Assembly: GCA_946965045.2 (NCBI GenBank)
Contig: OX337231.1
Coordinates: 1,984,001 to 2,048,000 of the forward strand
DNA: 64,000 nt
Reading direction: 5' to 3'
Origin: Epithemia pelagica
Lineage: Eukaryota > Protista > Bacillariophyta
This document shows, in pieces, positions 22,431 to 31,200 of this stretch. The notes under the pieces are model-generated. The model saw only the letters and a list, made by a program, of their open reading frames with translations, did not search any database and was not told the origin of the DNA. Numbering within the stretch: the first letter of the stretch is position 1; each line of letters opens with the position of its first letter. The position numbers were made by a program, and so were the translations under genes.

Positions 22431-23195
22431 CTAAATGGATTCGCAGACACGCATGGCAGCTCCTTGACGACAAAGTTCGAGGGTGTATTCCGTAATAAGG
22501 TCCTGGATACGTGCATGGAGTCCATGTCGCAACCCTGCAAACCAAATGCCCTCATAGAAAGCAAACAATGGAGCTGCAATCAATGCTCCTCCAAGATTTG
22601 CCATTACAGCTGGGCTAGCGCCTTCAATTATTTTGTGTCCTGGATGGATTTGCACGTACCATGATAGAACATGTAGCATGCATGACCAGCCCAAAAGCTT
22701 ACCAGTGCCCATCCAGGAGGGCATCTTTTCCTTACTTTCCATCATAAAAGCTTCTTGGTCCTTCGCAGTCCATCTTACAGCCGTAGCATAGTATGTGTAT
22801 AGTAGGGGTGCATGGAGCATGGCACCAACGCCGTCAATGTAGGGATAGAAAACAGCATACATGAGCATCCAGCACGTCCCCATACTTAGATAGTGAGGAG
22901 GAATACCGGGTAACTTCAAGATTACTGACCCAGGCAGAACAATGTGTGAATTAACAATAATCAAGGTCCATAAAATGATTGGGACACCCACAAAATGAAT
23001 CATTTGATTGAGAGGCTCTCGATGAAAAGTGCCATAAAACGCAAGAGCAGTTTCTACATTGCCGAAATCTACAAAACATGTCTTCAAACAAGTCGCCAGC
23101 AACCCAACAGACACAAGATTGGCTAGCACAAACCCCACTGTGACCTTCTGAGGGAAAACGGGGAGGATAGCGTTGTCCGAGGTTTTGCTCGTCAT
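22431..23195 (-). CDS. Mpo1/DUF962-like membrane protein (2-hydroxy fatty acid dioxygenase family)
   Basis: YGTFHREPLNQMIHFVGVP, QIHPGHKIIEGASPA, APLFAFYE. Confidence 0.8.
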   Translation of the reverse strand: MTSKTSDNAILPVFPQKVTVGFVLANLVSVGLLATCLKTCFVDFGNVETALAFYGTFHREPLNQMIHFVGVPIILWTLIIVNSHIVLPGSVILKLPGIPPHYLSMGTCWMLMYAVFYPYIDGVGAMLHAPLLYTYYATAVRWTAKDQEAFMMESKEKMPSWMGTGKLLGWSCMLHVLSWYVQIHPGHKIIEGASPAVMANLGGALIAAPLFAFYEGIWFAGLRHGLHARIQDLITEYTLELCRQGAAMRVCESI

Positions 23196-23396
23196 GGTGA
23201 TATCAAAGGCTGTAGAAGTAGAAAGACGACTCTTCTCCGCTTGATGTGTCAACGTCAATTGAAATGCACAGAAGATTTCGCAGGGTCCACTTTTGAAGTG
23301 AGGATGTCTGACTGATGTCTGAGTCGGGTAGCTCTCTATCTACTACTCTAGAGAGGAAGGTACCTCTAGAGTTAGCTCCTAGGAGTACTTTCTGCG

Positions 23397-23577
23397 TGCG
23401 GTACCCCTATATGGATCCCGCCATACGTGTCGCCACGTTCCATTCCCGGTTCGCGTTCTTGACACTGCGACATGAATCTTCCGCCATCTGGCTGTTCCTC
23501 CTCCAGTCATTTCTCGTCGCACGTGGCACTGTGGATTCCTCATTCCCCCTAATTCCTCGTAATTCCTAAAGATCACA
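23397..23577 (+). repeat. Gypsy 5' LTR (right boundary tentative)
   Basis: Matches 37208-37367 apart from one substitution and a 10-bp indel. First plausible CA end at ..gatcaca 23577. Confidence 0.75.
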
Positions 23578-23740
23578 ATTTTTATACCGTGCTATTTTAC
23601 ATGGGTATGGCACTCTGATCAGAAGCTCGAAAACTTCCCCCAACACTCTTTCACCATAACCACCTGCCGTTCTTTGGCCGATCCTCGTTGATCTCATCAT
23701 CCTTTGATTCCTTTCCTTTCCTTTCTTTTTCAGTCTCATC

Positions 23741-26384
23741 ATGAGCACAGGATCTTCCCTCGTCTCCCTTGCGGATGTTCAACGCTTCCAAAAGCGCTTT
23801 GATCAAGCCTCATCTTCAGATTCTTCCTCTGCTCTTTCCACCCTCAAGATGAAAGACGACGACAATGACAAGTACTACGTCTGTCTCTTGCCATTCCGCG
23901 ATGGCGTGGACAAAAAGCCCTCGAATCTCTTCCTGTGGGTCCTCCATTTTGTTGACAAGGTCAAGATCTCCGGTCATCCAGAGCCCTTTGCTGCCTGTTG
24001 CACCTACTTTCCCCGTGTTACCACAAGTCTCGTAGCGGACAAGTTTCATGATGCATTCCAGGCCTTGCCTGATGGCGCCGACCTCGATGAGGCGTGTTTC
24101 AAACGGTTGATTGCTACGATCTTCGAACCCAAGTTGACTGTTTCCGAAGTCAATGCCTTTCGGGCACACCTTCTTAGCCGTCCTCGCAAGCCACCTGATA
24201 TGACCGTGGATATCCATTATCACACCCTCCAGAAGATTTCTAACGGTCTCTGTTACTTGTCTAACGACAACGCTGTCCAAGCCCTCACTGACAATGAGTT
24301 GAAGCAAGCCTTCTATCTCGGCTCCCCTGTTGCTTGGCGCAACGAGTTCAAGACGGCCAATCCCTTGGTTGCAGATTTGGTGAACCATTTCAACGTCACC
24401 GACCTCCTTCATGCGATGCGTGGCTATCAACGGGCCTCCCAAGAGAAGATGGCTGCCAATGCACAGTCCCAGGCCAAGTCCCGCAATCCTCGCGATGACT
24501 CCACTTCTCGTGGTTCTACTAAGCGTTTTCGCTCCTCTAATGGTGGCCGTGGCGGTCTCCGCGGCGGCAATCGCCAGTCCAATGGTGGACGTCAAGCGTC
24601 CGGTGATCGTCCCGTCAATGACGGCGATGCCTGTCCGTACAAGGACGCAATTCCTTCGCACGCCAATCATACTTGGGCCAACTGCATCTACAACCCGCAG
24701 TCCTCCAATTTTAACCAAGAGCGTTTCAACGCCTTTCTTGCCCGTACCGGGTCTGGTCTTCGTACCCCTACTGGGTCTCACCCCAACAATGGTTCTCAGA
24801 ACCAAGGCCGTAACGGCCAAGGCTCTCGTAGCCAGGGAACTCCCTCATCTGGAGGATCTCGCCCTACTGGTTCCAGTTGGGGCGCTGTTCCCCGTCGTTC
24901 TGGATCTGGCTCAGACCAGCATGCCTCTGAAGGCACCAACACAGGTGACAATCCACCGGTTGATCCGTCGTTGGCCGAGCCGTTGCCTTCTGTGCAAGAC
25001 GCGGCTTATCGTGCTCGTCAACGTCCTCTCGATGATACTCGTGATTGGTCGAGTCTCCGCAATGCCGATCGAACGGTCCCCGGGATGTGCTCTTCTTCCT
25101 TTTTTACCTCATCCTCTCCGGATATTTCTCATCATCTTGATGTTCTTTTTGCTCAGCAATGTCACATCCAGACTGGCCCTCCACAGGCTATGCCGGCCGA
25201 GAATGCCATCCTCAGGCCCCAATTCTCGAGGTCCGACGCGAACAATTGTTCAAGATCTACGGGCGTAACATGGATATCGCCCACATCTACGACTTGTCCT
25301 CCCCTGGAGGCAACGACGAATACCGTCGCTTCCCCTTGTCTTAAAAACTGTCCCAATCCTACGGATGCTGTCATCGCTGACATCATTGATCCCAATAATG
25401 GTTTTTTATCTAACCTAGATCACTATGAAGATGTCTACTCATCTAGTTCTGTCTCTGACGCTCCTATTTTATCTAGTCCCCTTTCGATCGCTCCCTCTGA
25501 GCCTCCGTCTGTTCCCCTTACCATTTTGATGGCTCGGTCCATTGGTGGAGTCGAGAACACCGTCCCGTTGCGTGCCCTGCTCGATTCAGGCGCTGACAAG
25601 ACGATCCTGCACGCACGCTGTCTTCAGCCCGGCATGCATCCACGTGTAACCAATCGGTCTGTCAATACCACTATGGGTACGCGCGACCACGTCTCCGAAA
25701 TTCTTCTCGAAGATTTGGTTCTCCCCGAGTTTTCTCGGACCAAACACATTTCATACCCCCTTTGGGCCGACATCTTTGATGCCCCCAATTGTCGTTATGA
25801 CATCATTATTGGCCGCGATCTCTTGCGTCGCTTGGGCATTGTGCTCAATTTCAACACGGGTCTCACAACTTGGGACTCAGTTGATGTCGCTATGCGCCAC
25901 CGCGATTCATTCGCCACAGACCAGACATTCATGTCTCATTTCATCGACATCTTTGCCGACGATCCCATTATTGGTGACCAATTCCTCTTGGATTCGAACT
26001 ACGTTCCTACGGATCTACAAGAGCTGATTGTCAAACAGAATCATCTTACCGATGCCCAAAAGCAAGATCTTCTTGCTATTTGGCAAGACCGTGGCAAAAT
26101 CTTTGATGGCGAGCTCCGTGAATATCCGGACCGAACGCTCCATCTCCATCTCAAGCCTGATGCCCAGCCTGTCCATCATCGCCACTTTTCAGTGCCCCGC
26201 AATATACATGATACCTTCACGAAGGAGCTGTGGCGCTTCGTCGACATCGGTATCCTTGAGCGCGTCGGTTCCACCGAATGGGCTGCTCCTCACTTCGCCA
26301 TTCCCAAAAAGGATGGTCGAATCTGAATGATTTCGGACTTTCGTTCTCTGAACGCCCAACTTTATCGTCGGGTCTATCCGTTCC
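23741..26384 (+). pseudogene. Gypsy gag-protease-RT N-terminal part, with in-frame TGA at 26324-26326
   Basis: Protease ALLDSGA. RT start WAAPHFAIPKKDGRI*MISDFRSLN. Ends at the Copia TSD. Confidence 0.88.
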
Positions 26385-27167
26385 TGTTAGAATTCTCACC
26401 GTCTATGGTGGTTAGATTCTACATCTCATCGATTCCCCATGTCACATAGCCTCGTGCTATCGCATCATGCCATCTAGCTTCGAGCTATGTTCCCTAGCTT
26501 CGCGCTATATCGACCTATATTTCTTCGCAAATCATGAAAAGTGAGAATAGATTGACAAACTCACTCTCAAGACTAAACTGGGTCGTGCGGTATTACAACA
26601 GACGTAAATTTGGCCGTTGCTCGGACATTATACTAACGCCCTAAGCGTACGCGCCCGAAATCATCGAGCGCGCCCAAGCGACATCCGAGCGCTGTCGGCA
26701 TCTATCCGACCCAACGGTCTAAGTATCCCAGGCACGACACACGATCACGCGAGACCATATTTCCATTCCCACAATCTCCAAATTGTCAACAAGCTGCGCG
26801 CCATGAAAACAACTATGCCAACCCAAAGCAAGAGCTGTTGACCCTGTATATGTTATCCGTCCACATATACATGTCATATACATCACATGAATCGACTCCA
26901 ACTATTCCAAACCTGTTGCCGCCAAGAACCTATGACACATGACCCTTGGCAGGACCGAACATTTCACGTAGACCTATTGTAGTAATCAACACACAATCTA
27001 ACAATATCACCATTTATCATATCTTCTTTTGTGTCCGGACTATCCTTCTGATAGACTTCGACTTGCTTGCTTCTCTGACCCTGAGAAGCTTGTATCGGTT
27101 GGTGACCTACCTGATTGTCTGCTCTACCGAGCATCAATGCCTCTGCAATTCCAAGAGAATTGTAACA
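26385..27167 (+). repeat. Copia 5' LTR
   Basis: TGTTAG..GTAACA. About 6 substitutions versus the 3' LTR by eye. Confidence 0.95.
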
Positions 27168-27203
27168 GATTAACAGTCTCAAAGCTTATTTCCTTGTGGT
27201 TTC

Positions 27204-27983
27204 ATGGATACTAACAAGCTTATCACTCCTGTACGACAGATCTATCGAGCCAACCTGCATCCCGGGCAGCCCAATACCCTGGTGCAGCAGGAACTGGTGC
27301 CGACGCCGAAGGCAGCCAACACATCGGTCAACATCTCCGTCGACAGTTCCAACAGCAACCCATTCGAGACTCCAACCCAGCCTCACGCTCCGATCCCTGC
27401 GCCCTTGCTTCGGCCCCCGAGTCCGCCTCGTCGGCTCGTCCCTTCTCGATCCCGTCGTACCACCCGGTTGATTGCTGATCATATCAAGTACTTCCGTCAA
27501 CCAACTTGTTCGACCTTCGATCCCGAGATCATCCGTGGGGAGACCCAGATCGAACGCCAGTTCCAATCGGTGACCCACGTCGTCGACCAAGAAGACATTG
27601 ACCGTCTGAACGACCAACTTCATCGTTCTCCGAGGCGTCGCCTCATCTTGGCCGCCCTCTCGGGCAACCCCATCCGTACTGTCCACCTCCGCTTCCTAAC
27701 CTTCGAGCGCCCAACTGGATACTACAATACCATCTACGTCGTGAACGCGACGACTTGCCCTCTGCCTCCTAACGTTGTACGCCTAGATAACTACGTTGCC
27801 TACATCCACGAGGTCCATACCATCGAGGACCATCGTGCAACTATCTTCCCTTTGCGTACCGAGGTCGAGAACCACTTGGCTGAAGGTGATACCCCTTCTT
27901 CTGTTGCTTGTGCTGCCCCATCTGAGCCTGGAAACGACTCTGATTATTCGGAAGAGAGTGGAGATTCGGAGACCGAAGCTTAA
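27204..27983 (+). CDS. Extra 259-aa ORF upstream of gag inside the Copia element; unknown function
   Basis: ATG-started, Pro/Arg-rich, between the 5' LTR and gag-pol. Confidence 0.55.
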   Translation: MDTNKLITPVRQIYRANLHPGQPNTLVQQELVPTPKAANTSVNISVDSSNSNPFETPTQPHAPIPAPLLRPPSPPRRLVPSRSRRTTRLIADHIKYFRQPTCSTFDPEIIRGETQIERQFQSVTHVVDQEDIDRLNDQLHRSPRRRLILAALSGNPIRTVHLRFLTFERPTGYYNTIYVVNATTCPLPPNVVRLDNYVAYIHEVHTIEDHRATIFPLRTEVENHLAEGDTPSSVACAAPSEPGNDSDYSEESGDSETEA

Positions 27984-28216
27984 TTACTCATAGTTAACTC
28001 CCGTCCTCTCAAAACCTTTCCAAGACTTAAACTCAACGCACATCCGGGTACCCTTGGTCGCACAACACGCCACACATTCCCGTCAAATCGCGAAAATATC
28101 ACATACGTGGTACATACGTGGCACACGTGGTACATCCGGGTTCACATCACATCACACATTAAATAAACCACATCACACCGCACATTAAATAAACATCGAA
28201 CCAACCAAATAACACC

Positions 28217-31200
28217 ATGGATCCTCAATCACCCAAGACACCTACGACTCCTAAGGGAGAAGATAACCAAGACAATGTCTCGAACACAGACCTATTCGAC
28301 CACATCATATTTACTGTCTGCCAATTCTTTACCAAAGAAAGGGCCGACTACTTAACGAAGTGGATGAAATACCATGGTTTTGAGAACATTACCCATGTTA
28401 TCTCGTATATGCAAACTAATACCGAGGAATCCATGAACGAACTGACACAATACAAGGTCAACAAACAGACACATGATCTACAAGGCCCCACAAGACAGCA
28501 GATCAAGCTCTTGGCTTATTGGGCCATATACAAGACCAGTGAAATTCAAGACGAGCTATCCAATAGCGACTGGATGAACCTAACGAGGAAAGAGTTCAAC
28601 ACTTGGAGGATCAACACAGATTTCTCTAAGGGACCACCTAGCCAAGTTCCAGTCTCGCCAATGAAGTCACCGTCATCTGTGAAATCTGTCAGCACAGTTA
28701 CTGCCGCATCCCAATCTCAACAAGACCTTACAGCATTCAGAAAGGGAACTAAGCGCGACGCAACTGCATATGAGGTATTCAAGGATGAACGATACTACGA
28801 TTCATTCTGGCGTGTATTCAAGACTACAGCTAAGGCTCAAGGCCTATCCAACGTTCTGAATTTCAAATACACACCACCCCATGATGATGAGTATGCCGAA
28901 GAACTTTTTCAAGAGCAACAAGTATTTCTTTACTCCGTTCTTGTCCGTATCATTCAGACTGACCAAGGTCGAGCCTATGTACGTGAACATGAACATGATG
29001 AAGATGCGCGTGCTGTATTGCAGAAGTTACACTCTTTGCATAGCGAATCCGACCTAGCAAAACGAGAAGTCCTCCGTTTAACCAACTACATTTCCAATCT
29101 ACGTCTTGACGACACATGGCGCGGAACAACACGTCAATTTCTTCTACACTTTCAAGAGCAGCTACGTTTGCTAGACAATCTAGTGACATTGTCTGATCGC
29201 ATCCCTGATCATACCAGGATGACCTTCCTCATGCAAGCTGTAGAAAAGGTACCTGATCTCCGCCGAGTCAAGATCTTGGATAATGTGGTGAACACAAAAT
29301 CCGGTGCAAAATCCCTTTGCTATCAATCATACTTCCGTCTCCTTCTAGACGCAGCTTATGACCATGATCAAGCAACCCAGTCATCTGTTCATAGTCGTCG
29401 TCGACATGTCAAACAACATGAATCACTATATGGCCAAGATACAGATGCTGACATAACCTCACAAGATGATATGGAGTATCATGTCCACAACACCAAAGCG
29501 ACATCTGAATCTCCATCCTCTTCGTCCAAGGTTAGTCTACCGCGTGACCTATGGTTCAAACTTTCTGAAGAAGATTGCAAGTTGATCATTGAGTATAACA
29601 AGATGATTCAAGCACCTTCATCAACAACACCGAGGAAAGTGCAAACACATGCCCTCGACATTGATCCGGAACCTGATCCTGACCCCAACCAAGTTGCATC
29701 TGATGACGACTCACCTGGCGTAGTCCCTGAGCATCCAGATGATTCAGATCCGGTTACACAATTTATCAACCAAGCCATGACGACTGATATCAATCACCCG
29801 GCAACTGACCTGACTAGTGTTCTTTCTAACGCCAAGTCCAAGACGAGCAAGAAGGTTACTTTCAAAGCCAACATGCATAAACAAGCAGGACATGTTCCAC
29901 GCTATTTGTTTTCCAGGAAATCTACTTTACCAGGAAATCAATTGATTGACCGTGGTGCTAATGGAGGACTTGCTGGTTCTGACATGCGCATCCTTTCTAA
30001 GACTGGCCGCCATATCACTATTGTGGGTATTGATAACCATGAACTTACTGGACTTCCTGTCGTCACATGTGCTGCAAAGTTTGAGACCAATGATGGACCT
30101 ATTGTCGGCATCTTCAATGAATATGCTTATTATGGAAAGGGCTTATCTATCCATGCTCCTGGTCAATTCGAGCATTTTGGACTTGCTGTTGATGAACGAT
30201 CTGTTAAAGTTGATGGTAAACAACGCATCACTACACTTGATGGTCGTGCTATACCCCTTCACATCAAGGATGGGTTAGCCTACATCCACTCCTTGGGTAT
30301 CCCCAGCGACGATGACATGAATACCTTACCTCAGATCATCTTCACGTCACCCGACACGTGGGATCCTGGTGTTCTGGACCATTCGTATTCTCTCACATCC
30401 TCTGACAATGATCCTGATTGGAAACACGTCAAGACTGATGGTAGTATGTCGAACCATCCATATGACAACTATGGGGAGTACACTGATCGTGTTGTTTGTA
30501 ACCTCAATCTCCTTTTGGATCTCCCATACGATCATGGACCTGACGACGCACCCTTCTTTTCTATCTATGCTGACGCAGAAGGTAATGATCCTACACTTCA
30601 TGCCTCTGTCCACCGTCGTTACCAGGAAGCGCATGACTGGAAGAAGTTCCGTCCATTCTTTGGTTGGCAATCTGAAGATGTTATTGCCGATACGTTCAAG
30701 CACACTACACGTAATGGTAGCATTACTTTTGACCACGACACCCTCAAGAAACATTTCAAGGCTCGCAATCCGGTCCTTAATATACCTCAACGTCATGAAC
30801 CCGTTGCTACTGACTCGGTTTTCTCCGACACCCCTGCTGTTGACCATGGCGGTAAAGTCGCACAAATCTTTGTTGGTCGAGATACTCTGGTTACTGATAT
30901 CTATGGGATCAAGTCAACCAAACAGTTTGTCAATACTCTTCAGGACAACATCCGGTTTCGTGGTGCCATGGAGACTCTTATCAGTGATGGTGGTTCATCT
31001 CTCATCTCTCAAAAGGTCAAAGACATTCTTCGCACTTTGCTTATTGGGGAGTATCGATCCGAACCTTATCATCAACACCAGAATAAGGCTGAAAACCGTT
31101 ACCAGACCGTCAAACGTATGACCAACGCTCTCATGAATGCCACTGGTTGCCCTGCCAACACCTGGCTTCTTTGCCTTGAGTATGTCTGTGACTTATTGAA

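Noticed and set aside
23578-23620. Primer-binding site of the Gypsy element
   Set aside because: No convincing tRNA complement, and the 5' LTR end cannot be fixed because the 3' LTR is truncated.
26617-27214. Short ORFs in the Copia LTRs (repeated at 34131-34744)
   Set aside because: They recur only because the LTR is duplicated and show no coding signature.
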